The notes: a model not told the origin generated them from the sequence alone. A DNA stretch of 64,000 nt from Octopus sinensis (GCF_006345805.1 NC_042998.1:87234001-87298000), one strand, 5' to 3'. Positions 26,034 to 38,626 are shown, counted from the first letter of the stretch. Made by a program: numbers and translations.

Positions 26034-26562
26034 TATATATATATATACATATGTATATATAGTATATATATATGTGTGTGTATATATATATATGTATATA
26101 TATATATGTATGTATGTATGTATATATATTTACATATATGTATCTCTTATTATAAAAGGCAGATTTTATGTGCCTCCCTTTGGGAGTTATACAAATCTAC
26201 AATATAGGATTTCTTCAATTACAATTTACCTAGCATTTTTGAGAGTACAATGCATCGCGTCATGCCAGGTCCAGTTTTTAAAATTTAAACTCCAATTAAG
26301 CAAAATTTACAGAAAACTCACATTCTGGTGTGTGTGTCAAATGCTTTTCTTAGTCTGGTTTACACCACACGCAAACGCACACACACAGTGGGCAACGAAT
26401 AAAATGAAAGTAATTGACTTACTGTAGTGAGTGATTCTTTCACTCTGCCTCCCACTTCCTCTTTCCACACATAGACACGCAAATATATAAATAAAATTGT
26501 AAGCTAACGTGCGTGTGTGTGAGTGTGTGTGTGTGGGTGTGCGCGTGTGTGTGTGTGTGAGG

Positions 26563-26594
<32 letters not shown>

Positions 26595-26657
26595 GCGTGA
26601 GTGTGTGACAGGAAAGTTTCTTACGACGAATATAACACCTATATCCAAGTAGCAGAA

Positions 26658-26925
26658 AGATAAGACAGTAAGGTGTGATTTGAGGGAGATTTGGCTGCTA
26701 TTTCTACCATGTCTAGCTGCCATGTAGGGGTCTCCCTCATAGGCTCATACATACATATATACATAGATAAGACAGTAAGGTGTGATTTGGGGGAAATTTG
26801 GCTGCTATTTCTACCAGGTCTAGCTACCATGTAGAGGTCCCCCTCATTGGCTCATATATATATACATACATAAGACAGTAAGGTGTGATTTGAGGGAGAT
26901 TTGGCTGCTGTTTCTACCAGGTCTG
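26658..26925. repeat. Tandem array, about 2.5 units of 103-107 bp
   Basis: taagacagtaaggtgtgatttgagggagatttggctgc starts at 26661, 26768 and 26871; a single related unit lies at about 21440. Confidence 0.92.
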
Positions 26926-27289
26926 TTAGGCCTTCTCATGTAAACTCAAGCTTTCTCATGCCTTGAACATAAGACCAAAGCAGAGAATATATTCTTTTAT
27001 TCTTCTGCTTTTTCCAGCCATTGGCCTGTGGCCATGCTGGGGCAATGCCTTGAAGAATTGTAGTTTAATGAATCAACTCCACTTTTATTTTTGTAAGCAT
27101 TGTACTTATTCTATCTGTTTCCTTTGTCAAACCACTAGGTGACAGGGATGTAAACAAACCAACATTCGTTGTCAAGCAGTGGTGGAGGACAATCACAAGC
27201 ACAGACACGCACACACACACACATACATGCATACACATATACACACATACATACATACATACATATATATATATGTGTGTATATATATA

Positions 27290-27548
27290 TTGCAGCGTGG
27301 AAGGTGTTTGTAAGCCATTTAAGAAACACACAAAAACCATTACATTCACTTCAACATTTAAATTTAATTTGCCAAAATATTTTCGTCGCTTTGAGACCGT
27401 CACCTGTTCACTGACAAAAATATCGTGCTAACAGGTCGCGGTCTCAAAGCGATGAAAATATTTTGACAAATTAAATTTAAATGTTAAAGTGAATCTGACG
27501 GCTTTTGTGTGTTTCTTAAATGGCTTATAAACACCTTCAACGCTGCAA
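27290..27548. mobile_element. Fold-back MITE-like palindrome (119-bp arms, 21-nt spacer)
   Basis: ttgcagcgtggaaggtgttt...gagaccgtcacctgtt / aacaggtcgcggtctc...aaacaccttcaacgctgcaa, about 90% complementary by eye. Confidence 0.88.
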
Positions 27549-27710
27549 CTGTTTTCGTTCCAGCACACGATCTCAGATCAAGTCACTTGCTATGCAAGTA
27601 CATCTCTGTAACTATATATATATTTATATATATATATATATGTATATTGGTAAAAATAGTAAGATAACAAAAGAAATAAAGAGACCTCAATATTATGTAA
27701 ATAGAGGAAA

Positions 27711-28105
27711 TCTTTATATATAAAAGTGAGGTTGTGTGTCTGTCTCCTACGATTTAGATTCCTAACTACTCCCACATTTTGCGGTGCAGTTTAACCAAAA
27801 CCGGGTATCTTATAGTCGTGATTCATATCGAGACCGTCTGGGTATTAGCGCGCGTCTACGATGAGTCTACGATTTAAAAAAAAATTTACCATCAATTTTT
27901 CCCATTTTTAATCCATTTTTGACATATATAAGGGAAGTAACTCTCTAAAATTTATTATTAAATCTCAGAACGTAAAAAGCTATAGTAACACCCCTCCCCC
28001 TTTGTGGTTAGCCATATTGAGATGGCTATTATACTTTACATCTCTAAAAATGCTTATATAATTATTTCCCTTACAAACCCGAGCAACGCCGGGCGATACT
28101 GCTAG
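27711..28105 (+). mobile_element. Complete 395-bp non-autonomous Helitron
   Basis: A|TCtttatatataaaa 5' end; 3' hairpin cccgagcaacgccggg then CTAG|T; AT target site; CpG-rich, suggesting youth. Confidence 0.88.
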
Positions 28106-28670
28106 TATATATATATTTATATATGTATATATGTGCATGTATATATATATATATATATGTAAATATATATGCATGTATATATATATGTATGTATATATAT
28201 ATGTGTATATATATACACATGTGTGTGTGTGTGTGTGTATGTGCTTGTACCCTCACCATCACTTGACAGCCAATTTTGCTGTTTCTACATGCCTTAGCTG
28301 CTTGCCAAAATACACTGATAGAATAAGTACTAGGCTTACAAAGAATGAATCCTGTGGTCAGTTTCTTTGACTAAAGGTAATGCTCCAGCATGGCCACAGT
28401 CACATGACCAAAACAAGTAAAACAATGCCATTTTATTTCTGAGCAATGCTGTGTATCTCTGCTAGTGTATGATATTTTTCTGGTTAGTTATGATTAAATG
28501 ACTTCTGGTGTTATAAAGTAACATACATTATATAAGATGCATGACTAAATTGTCATGATCATCCAAGTCTATAGACATAATATTTGATTTGTCACCAGCA
28601 AGTTGTTGAAATTATTGTAGACCATGAAATAACTGTAATATTATAAACATTACACTTCATTTACTTTTAT

Positions 28671-28953
28671 GTGTGTGTTAGGGCAGCGGACTCGCGGTCG
28701 TCGGATCGCGGTTTCGATTCCCAGACCGGGCGTTGTGAGTGTTTATTGAGCGAAAACACCTAAAAGCTCCACGACGCTCTGGCAGGAGGGGGTGATCCCT
28801 GCTGTACTCTTTCACCACTCTTTCTCCCACTCTTTCTTCTGTTGGCCTGCTTGCTTAGCCAGCGGGGTTGCTTCATTCGAAGGCTAAAACAGTGCGAACG
28901 CATTGTGACCAGCGATGTGTAACAACATCTGATGGTCTGGTCGGTCACGTGAT

Positions 28954-28960
<7 letters not shown>
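28671..28960 (+). mobile_element. Young tRNA-derived SINE (second family)
   Basis: gttagggcagcgg...ggtttcgattccc B box; gtgtttattgagcgaaaacacctaaaagctcc; an antisense relic lies at about 44870-45060. Confidence 0.85.
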
Positions 28961-28995
<35 letters not shown>

Positions 28996-30307
28996 TGCTT
29001 GCAGTCCACCATGATGGGTATATCCAGCATTTTGACATGTTTTGATATTTTGCATGATTTTTGTGTAAACAAAAGGCTCTGCATAACCAGATGTAGTTAC
29101 ATGTTACCATATCAAGTAATAACAGAGATGATGATGATGATGATGATGATGTTGATGGTAATGATGGTAAGAATGATGATGACAATGTGTCCACACAGGA
29201 TGAATAATTGGAATTTGTTAAGACATATTTCAGAGCTTATCAAATGCCTAAATGGTAATTTATCTTTCAAGTGTTCCTCCATGCTTTCAGTGAACTTGGC
29301 TGGAATTAGCAGAATCACAACAGACCTGTTTGAAGAAGCAGATTCTGTCACAGTAGTTAGTAAAGTACAGCTGGCAGGAAATATAATTATGAAGACTCTA
29401 ACCATCTTATCGCTAGATTAAGATAAATAACTCATAAAACTGTTATTCAGCTCTGGTTTCCATAGCATCAATAGAGAGATTTAACTCCTAACAAAATGAT
29501 TAACAGCTGTGATATGTTGCTGACTCCCTTTTAACTTGGTACACTGAAGGAATGAAGTTAGATGTATACATTTCAGTAGAAAATAACACAATGCTTGCAC
29601 ATATAAATTCATTATTCCCTATACAAAAGTGTAGTAGATGACAGAATCAGCAGAGATTTGGTAGAACACCAGTGTGACTGTTACTATTTGGGTGCATCAC
29701 TTTACATTTTGTTTTTGAATCCTACTGAGGTTGATTTCATCATCCATCCTTCTAGAATTTCTTAATTGAAACCAGTCCAATGAACATGAGTCAATTTAAT
29801 TAACTTTTTCCCTCCCCATTGTTCTAATATCTAAGTTAGATGTAGAAAACATTTTTTTATAAAGGAAAATATATTAGGATATTATATCTATTAATGTGAT
29901 GAATTGGCAGAATGATTAGAATATCAAACAAAATACCTTGCAGCATTCTTATGACTCTTTACATTCTGAGTTCAAATTCTATCCGGTCAACTTTGCCTTT
30001 CATCCCTCTGAGGTCAATAAAGTAAAGTATTAGACAATTACTGAGACTGGCAATATTTACTAATCCCTGCTGGCCAAAAGTCAGCCAACAGTAAATCAAA
30101 ATTCCATAAATACTATCTGTAATTTTGTATTGACTTGAATGGAAAATGTGTCGCTCAAGAAGGATTTCAGTTTGAACATTTTTCATGTTTCATATTTAGA
30201 TGCTTTTATTAAATTCATTCAGTTGTTAAACACTGATAAATCTTGAAATTGAATGGTTTTGATTTACTGTCAGGTGACTTTTGGCCAGCTTTTTATATAT
30301 ATATAAA

Positions 30308-30346
<39 letters not shown>

Positions 30347-30361
30347 ACACGCACACACTCA

Positions 30362-30550
30362 CTTAAGGTTCAAGGGCCCTCAACTTTTCAATACCTGGCC
30401 AAAAAAAACTCAGAGAACTACAAGGCATAGATGTGAATGTATTCAAAGAACATTTAGACAAATTTTTATTTGATATATTAGATGAACCTACATCACAACA
30501 AGAAATGAAAAGAAGGGTAGCTTTGTCCAACTCACCACTTCATCAGGACT
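30362..30550 (+). mobile_element. CR1/L2-group LINE 3' fragment
   Basis: LRFKGPQLFNTWPKKLRELQGIDVNVFKEHLDKFLFDILDEP; same family as 61074. Confidence 0.75.
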
Positions 30551-31990
30551 AAATCTATAGAGACAGTCAGAAAATGAGTTTGAAATAAACAATACTGACA
30601 GCCCCAGCATGGCCACATCCTCTTGCTAAAACCAATAAGAGTATAAAGGAAAAGAGAGACCTCAGTGTTTGTTTAAATTTTCCTGCCAGCTCTGAACACA
30701 GAGACTAACTAATGTCTGAATACTTGAGTTCCACACAGTGAGCATGTAAAAATTCACATAGATTAAATTAAATAAGATTGATTTAAAACTACTGAACAGA
30801 AACATATTAAAATTGAGGGTGTTATCTGGAGCTGACAACTTGTGAGCTTAATACCAGTATTACATCACCACCATCAGGTAGCCAAGAACTACACTTCTCA
30901 TTTAAGATATCATTATAACATTCCACTTGAAATCTTCTATCTTCAACCGATTTCTAATCGTCATCCACATAGACATGATGAAATTCCTGTTGATCTTTAT
31001 TAGGATCTTCTAAAATTTGTTGTACTTCATTAATTGAAACAACCTTTGTCTTTGTCTTTCTTTTCTCTCTGTGTGTTGTTTTGATGAGGGAAAATTGGTA
31101 AAATTACTCAAACAACACCTAAATTAGTACTATTGTGTGCAAGCATTTGTAAACAGCATAATTCTGTGCTGGCAACTTATCTTTAATCTGATAAGCTGAT
31201 CAGTTTAGTCTGACTAAAATTTAATTAAGGATTTCTCAATTCCCAATATAAATTTTGTTGAGTGCCAAGTCTAAAATTTCTGGGAAATCAGGAAGACTGT
31301 CTGACTAGGTTTAGATTCGAATGTTTTGAAGCAAACATTTGCATGCTAAGGATGCTGCAGTACTCAGTCTCCAAATGCAGGAATCAGTATCTCATCAGAT
31401 GGTGAAGCAGCTCTGTAAGTGTTTTGGCTCCTTCCACCATGACACCAAAGTTGCATGGGGTCATCCATCTATATCAGTGACAAAATTTCTGCACAACAGT
31501 AAGAGCTTTATTGATTCAACAGTTGTAATTCTGAGCCAGATGTTGCTATCTGCCTCAATGCTCATTCCTGCTGCACCACTTGCCCTTTCTCTTCAACCAG
31601 ATGTAATGGCTTGCTTTCTCATTGCCTTCTGACAATTTCTGATATCTTTTGAAATGAAGGAGCAGATATTACATCTTACTTGATATTGTAAAGATATTTT
31701 TTATAGATTATTCTGCTTCAGAAATCTCCAATATAATGGTATTCCTATGATAATTATTAATTCATGTAAATGGCTAAATTTAAAAGATAATTTACTGACC
31801 CTTAAATAGCAAAGCACTATTAACCTGTTTACCTCTAAATTTCAAGTCAGAACACATATTTTACTTTAACCACAACTCACCCAACTATTGTGAGTAGAGA
31901 CTAGCTATTCTGTAAGAGAAAATTTATATTTTTCAGAGAATGCTTAATCTCAAATTAAATTAAAAATGAATTTTTCTTTTGTTTTTGCAG

Positions 31991-32117
31991 GAAATTGTGT
32001 TGGTTTTATTCTTTGGGATAGAATATATAGTACGTTTGTGGTCTGCTGGATGTCGCAGTAAATATATGGGCCTCAGAGGACGCATACGTTTTGCTCGCAA
32101 ACCAATCTCCATTATAG
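31991..32117 (+). CDS. KCNQ1: Internal coding exon of a KCNQ1 (Kv7.1)-type voltage-gated potassium channel: S2 helix and S2-S3 linker
   Basis: Acceptor ttttctttt gtttttgcag|G at 31990/1 and donor G|gtaagg at 32117/8. 127 bp, phase 0 to 1. Translates [42 protein letters not shown](D), 36/42 identical to human KCNQ1 E160-I201 as recalled ([43 protein letters not shown]). SAGCRSKY and RKPISII are KCNQ1-type rather than KCNQ2-5. Confidence 0.96.
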
Positions 32118-33050
32118 GTAAGGCTTAATCAAATTCTCTTCTGAATTGTCAATCCATTTTGTCGTTGCTATTGTTGTTGTTGATGTTGTTATCATTTCTA
32201 AGTATAAAATGCATGTATGAGAGAGAGACAGAGAGTGGGGTGGAGAGAAAGAGAGAGAGGAGAGAGAGAAATTGAGAGATTAGAGGTAACATTGCATTTA
32301 ATTTCTGGGCATTAAAAGCATCAGCAGAAGACATGTCTCTACTGGTAGGGCTTTATGGAAATAGTACATAAATGAACAATGAATGCACAAGGACAAAGTG
32401 TGCAGTCCATAAAGTGTATCTGTGAATGTGTAAGACTGGACATGTCATGAAAAGACTTGCTTAGATAAGGTTCTAAGATGCTGAACCTTGCCAAGAAGAT
32501 AACAAAAGACCACAACAATTAATGATGTGCTATACATTAGACCTGTCCAGTTCATTGCTGCATAGCAAAATGGACATTAAAATACTGATGAGGATTATGA
32601 TGTTTTGTATCAAAGTCTTTACCAACAAACTGGAAAATCACAATCAGCTACCTTCCAACTATGTACTGCATCACAGGGTCATTCCTATTCATGCAGTTGG
32701 CAGTTTTCATTGATTTTTATGTATGTTGTGCTTTTGGGTAAGGTTTTCTCTTATTTGTTTTTATTTTTACAACTTTAGCAATCTGTTGCATAAAATGGAT
32801 AGATTTTACACCAATAGCACTTGAGAGGTTGTCTAGTAAGATTAAAGTGTTCTTTATATTGCATCTCATACTAAAGTGCCCCACTACACTGGTTTTATTC
32901 CAAGTGATTGCTTTCCTGGACCAGTTACTATCATTACAACTTGGAGAGTTCATATCTTCTCTGCAACTAAAGTATGTTTTGAAAACCATTCAAAATATTC
33001 AATAGCTAGCAACCAAATTAGAGATGCTATCAATATTCATAATTGTTTAA

Positions 33051-33498
33051 GGTGGTGAGTTGGCAGAAACATTAGCATGCTGGGTGAAATGCTTAGCAGT
33101 ATCTCGTCTGTCTTTACATTCTGAGTTCAAATTCCACCGAGGTTGACTTTGCCTTTCATCTTTTTGGGGTTGATAAATTAAGTACTAGTTGCATACTGGG
33201 GTTGATCTAATCGACTGGCCCCAACTCCCCCAAAATTTCAGGCCTTGTGCCTAGAGTAGAAAAGATTATTTTACATTTGTAAGGCAGCAAGCTGGCAGCA
33301 ACGTTAGCATGCTGGGCAAAATGCTTAGTGATATTTCATCTCTCTTTACATTCTGAGTTCAAATTCCGCCAAGGTCGACTTTGCCTTTAATCCTTTCAGG
33401 AGTGATAAATTAAGTACCAGTTGCATACTGGAGTTGATCTAATCGACTGGCCCCCTCCTCCAAAATTTCAGGCCTTGTGCCTAGAGTACAAAAGAATA
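33051..33498 (+). mobile_element. Two tandem SINE copies (33051-33268 and 33281-33498)
   Basis: Both carry ...tttacattctgagttcaaattcc...gccttgtgcctagagta; an antisense fragment of the same family follows at 33510-33600. Confidence 0.9.
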
Positions 33499-35052
33499 TT
33501 TATAATCGTTTTAAATTTTAGGCCGAAGGAGTTGGTCACTTACATCCACCTTGGTACTTGACTGGTACTTATTTTATTGACCCCCCCAAAAGGACAAAAA
33601 GACAAATAAAGAAAGACATCTGCTGATAAATGTAACAGTTTTCTTATATTGCTAATTTAAAAGCTGTATAAGTGTATGCACATGGGTGTGTTTGTGTGTG
33701 CACATTTGTATATGTGCATGCATATATGTGTGTAAGTGTTTGTGTGATCTATGTGCCCATAGTTTACATCATGGTCGTCATCATCATCATTATCATCATC
33801 TGTCGACTTTTTTCTTCTCAGCATGCTTTTAGTGAGTTGTCATGACCTTAGCTATTTCCTATTCAGAGTCACTGTCCTCCGTGATGTATTGGAGTAGAAA
33901 CCATGCCTCACTTACACATTTTTTATGGCTGGATAGCCTTCCTTCTTATCAATAATCACTTTGCATATTGTACGCAGTACATTTTATTGTGGCACCAACA
34001 CATGAGGGGTTACCTTCTTTCAAGCATAAATAAAAATTCCTTTCTACCTTGCAATTTTTCCATTCATTTATTCACAAGCACCAGAGAAGTTAGCTAGCAT
34101 CCATTAAAGCCAAAAAGAAACCATTCTTCATTGTTTTTCTCCATTCATTCATTCCGGTTTTTTTTTTGGTTTTTTCATACATAGTTTTGTGGGAAAGAGT
34201 GAAAAAGTGATAAAAGGAAGAGTAACAAAAGGGAATGTGAGTGAGATTGTAATACACAGCTACATAACAGTTGTTGGAAAGGAGATTGAGTTGAAGCAAC
34301 ATAACAGAGAAAGTGATAGCAGTGAGAGTGATTAGGGAGAACCAGAGTGAAATGGTGATAAAGTAAAGAATAATGAAAGAAAGCAAAAGAGAGAGAGAGA
34401 GAGAGCAATGGAGAGTGGGAAAGACAGAGAAAGAGGAGAGAGAGTTAAAGTATCTACATGGTTTTAAAGAATGATAGGAGGATGATAAGATAATTAGAAG
34501 GGAGAGTAGTGAGAGTGAGAGTGATGAGGAAAGAGTATGATGAACATTAAGAATGAATACAGAAGAGGTCATCATGTGAGTAAAAAGGGAGAGAGAAATT
34601 GCTGGAGGGCAATAAAGATGGGCAATGGTAAGAGGAAGCTCATGAGAAAGAAACAGAATGATGATGGAAACCTCCCTCATCACTTCTATTTTCATCATTT
34701 TACATCTGCTTTTCCTTTCTTTCAAAAGTTGGGCACATCTTCTCTAGTACAGTGTTTTGCCATTTGTCTCAATTGTTTTTCAGCAAAACATAATTAAATG
34801 CTTAATATATACTTGTTGAAAAAGTGTCGAGTACATTTCTTCTTTTTATGTAGATATTGAATTTAAAAGTATGCAAATATATCAGCATATTTAATATCAC
34901 CATAATCTTTCATCCACCACGGTCTTCACCACTCACATTTTTTATTGATCACTCTTTGCTGAGCTACTAAATTACTTCTCCTGCACCACCACACGTCTTT
35001 CCCTTCCCCATTCACTAAGTCTGTCACACTTTTATAACCTACCCAACCACAT

Positions 35053-35100
<48 letters not shown>

Positions 35101-35149
35101 TCTTCTTTCTTCTGTCCATTTTATCATTATTTTTTTATCCTTATTCTGC

Positions 35150-35680
35150 TTCTCTTCACCTCCATCCTGGCATAAGCTGGGACAGTTTGACAACAACCAA
35201 AGAGCCAGTGGGTTGTACTCAGCTTCAATGTCTGCTTCATTATGGTTTCTACAGCTGTATGCCCTTCATAACAGCAACCACTTCACAGAGTGTCCTGGAT
35301 GCTTTCTTCACAGCACCAGTACTGCTGAGGTCACCAATTACGCACAAGACAAGACCCCTCAACTGAGTCGGGTATAAGATTGAGAGATATGGAAGTATGA
35401 TGGGCAGAGAGAAGCAGGTGTCATGCTGAAGAGGTGCATACATGTCTCTCCCATCTGGAAAGAGGGGTGTTGAGTCAAGATAAAAGGTGAGAGAGAGAGA
35501 GAACAGGGGCAGCTGAACAAAAAAGGTGGGGGGATAGGCAAGAGCACTAGAGTGTGAAAATAGTGAGACAGATGAGTATAGATGGGCATGGCAATGGATG
35601 CAGTGAATATGAGTTTTGGGGGAGAGAAAGTGAAGGAAAGGAAATGGGAGTGGGTCTCTGAAGAGGAGAAGGGGATAAAT
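35150..35680 (-). mobile_element. Non-autonomous element: pyrimidine-rich body plus RTE-type tail
   Basis: Reverse complement matches 60050-60770 at the junction (ctcagttgagggg...ttggtgac versus ctcaattgaaggg...ttggtgat). Confidence 0.55.
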
Positions 35681-35855
35681 GGTAGTAGTACAGATATGTG
35701 AATTTACAGATATCTGACCTTTTCTAACCTATTTTCAATTATACCTTTAGATTTATTTTATATCTAATTTATTGAACTGTAACTAAGTTAACTTCTTATA
35801 TATGCCTTGAACAGTACCAGAATATTATTTCTGTCCTTTTTTTATACTCACTACA

Positions 35856-35977
35856 ACCACCACCACCACCATCACCACCACCATCACCACCACAACCACC
35901 ACCACAACTACCACCACCATAACCACCACAACCACAACCACCACAATTACTACTACTACTACTACTACTACTACTAT

Positions 35978-36020
<43 letters not shown>

Positions 36021-36022
36021 GC
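35856..36022. repeat. Compound (CAC/CAA)n-(TAC)n trinucleotide microsatellite
   Basis: Visible directly; source of the poly-H/poly-Y and poly-V ORFs. Confidence 0.95.
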
Positions 36023-36552
36023 TGCAACAATGAGAGATTTATATTTCAAAACATTCCCGACAAAATGATTCTCACATAATTACAACTGCCTTTAATATTA
36101 GTTAATCATATTTATTATTCATATTTTGTAGTTATAATGACTTATTAATTATTTATAATTATGTTATATAATAGCTATTACTGATTGTTGATAATTATGT
36201 TATATGATGATAATTACTGTTAATAATAGTTGTGTGGATGTAAACATTCCTGATTGTTATAGAAATGGTTGTAGAGAAGAAGAAATGCATTATATTGAAA
36301 CATCACTGATAGTGTTTGCTTTCTACCATTGTTAACATAGTTTGCTCATTGCAATCATTCCAGCCAATTATAAACTTTATGTGTTATCATAGGTGCTATT
36401 GTTAATGTATTAAATAATATGATAATTAAAGCTTAATGCTATGTTAAAAATTGAGTTTTAAAATCCAGAGATATTTTTCTCCTGCATAAGCACCTTTGTA
36501 GTAGAATATTGAAATATATGTGTGCATGTATGTGTGTATGTACAAACATACA

Positions 36553-36594
<42 letters not shown>

Positions 36595-36596
36595 AT

Positions 36597-37500
36597 ATAA
36601 GGGGTGTTCATTAAAGATTTCCCCTGACCCATTTTCCAAGGACCGGGATAAGTGAAACTTGACATAATTATTAGTCCTTCTCTAAATAGCTACCACCAAT
36701 GGTAATATATTTCTCCCATTGCTTTATGCAACTGTGAAGACCTGTCTGTGGAAGTCCGTAGGATGCATCTGTAGCCAAGACTTTACTTTGGAAATAAGTT
36801 CATCGTCATCTGAAAAGTGCTTCCCCTTCAAAAGAGACTTCATGGCTGGAAAGAGCTGGAAGTCAAATGGTGTGAGGTTAGGTGAGTAAAGGGGATGAGG
36901 AAGGATTTCATAGTCACAGGAGTGTGCTTTCCTCTGGGCAACATGTGCATTGTGAACTGGGGTGTTGTCTAGGAGGAGGCAGACTCCTTTGGTGAGCATG
37001 GCATGCCTCTCCGCTTTGATGGTGTCCACAATTTCTGCAGGAGTAAAGCATAATATGTCCTGTTAAGTGTGGTGCCCTTTGCCAGAAAATCCATTATCAC
37101 TACTTTGCACTGGTCCCAAAAGACTGTGAGCATCACCTTGCCTGCTGGGGGTTGGTCACAAGCCTTCTTTGGAGGTGGTGAGTTATCATGTTTCTATTGC
37201 TTTGACAGGACTTTAGTCTGAGGATCATAGTGATGGACCCATGTTTCATCCTGTGTGATAAGTCTGCTGAAAAATTCCTCCTCGTTTTCTTGACACATTG
37301 CCAAAAGAACCTGGGAGCAATTGACTTATTCCTGTTTCTAAAAGGTGTGAACATCTGGGAAATCCATCGTGCAGAGAATTTTTACATGTGTAAATGGTCG
37401 TCAATAATTTTTTCCATGGACCCTACACTTCTTGGGCTAGTTGCTGAATAGTTATGCAGCGATCCTCCAAAATGCCATCTTCCATTTTATGGATAGTGTC
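36597..37500 (-). mobile_element. 5'-truncated mariner transposon
   Basis: TIR-like taaggggtgttcattaaag; LLLDNTPVH...HPLYSPNLTPFDFQLFPAMK; DETW-like region in 37133-37354. Confidence 0.88.
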
Positions 37501-37514
37501 GTCATCAATGATGG

Positions 37515-37920
37515 AATGTAGACTCCAGGAATCGAAGCAATTTCCACCGATGTCTGATCACCAGGCTCCAATATGATCTGGCAGCGTTTCTACAGCTGGA
37601 TGCCCTCCCAAATGCCAAACATTCCGAGAGCTTAGTAGGTGCTTTTTCCATGCCACCAGCACAAGAGCCAGTCAGGCAGCCTAGGCATTGCCCACGTTCA
37701 GATGGTGCTTTTTGCATGCCACTGGCATGGGAGCCAGCCAGTGGGCACTGGCATCTGCCACATTCAGATGGTGCTTTTTATGTGCCACTGGCACAGGAGC
37801 CAGTCAGGCAGTCCTGGCATCAATCACGTTTGGATAATGCTTTTTACATACCACCAGCACGGGAGCCAGTCAGGGGTCACTGGCATCGACCATGTTTGGA
37901 TGGCACTTTTTATGTGCTGT
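37515..37920 (-). mobile_element. RTE 3'UTR fragment with a 66-bp minisatellite (4+ units)
   Basis: ggtgcttttt units at 37638, 37704, 37770, 37836 and 37902. Confidence 0.88.
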
Positions 37921-38583
37921 ATATGTATATATATATATATAAAACTGTATACATAAAACATACTGTTCCTATCTACCCAATTTCACTCAAAAGACATTGG
38001 TTAACCTGACAGCATAGTAGGAGACACTTATCAAATGTGACACATGGTAGGGTCAGTCCCCAAACCATGTGGTTAAGAACAGTCTTTTTAACTAAGCAGT
38101 CATACATGTATTACACCTGAAAAAAAGACAGGATAGTCATGGGTTGAATGTTTCTAGTCATATGGTTGTTCAGTCAAGGATGACCAGGGGCCAGACAAAA
38201 AAATTAGTGAGGTGAGATGGGATGATCATGGCATGGCTAATTTCACTGTAGTGTTTAGATTTATCACTTCTGGTTTGGATATCAAGATCCTCATAAAAAT
38301 CATTTTAGATTTTCAATCATCCCCCTCCTCATAATCATCATCATCATCATCACCATCATTACCACTACCACCATTGTCATTATCATTTTACATCCAGTTT
38401 TTCATGGGCTGAATTCAAATTCTGGTGAGGTCAACTTTGCTTTCCATTCTCTTGGAGGTGATAAAATAAGTACCCATTGATCACTGAGGTCAATGTAATC
38501 AACGTACCCCACCCTGAAATTACTGGCCTCATGCCAACATTTGAAACCAATATTATTCTTGTTTTAATGTTTCTTTTGTTCTT

Positions 38584-38626
<43 letters not shown>

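Larger units (their letters stand above)
26143..28465 (+). mobile_element. Probable outer non-autonomous Helitron carrying nested elements
   Basis: A|TCtcttattataaaagg 5' end at 26143; degenerate 3' end ctgagcaatgctgtgtatctctgCTAG|T at 28462-28465. That the two ends belong together is inferred. Confidence 0.5.

Noticed and set aside
26658-26925. CRISPR-like repeat/spacer appearance of the tandem arrays (also 37638-37915)
   Set aside because: Eukaryotic context, 'spacers' are homologous to each other, and no cas genes.
30830-31070. Nearly open minus-strand acidic frame (...LPDGGDV...) suggestive of a piggyBac N-terminus
   Set aside because: Contains a stop, and the resemblance rests on a few residues.
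31700-32520. Search for an editing-complementary sequence to the exon
   Set aside because: Only 9-10-nt partial complements were found, at chance level.
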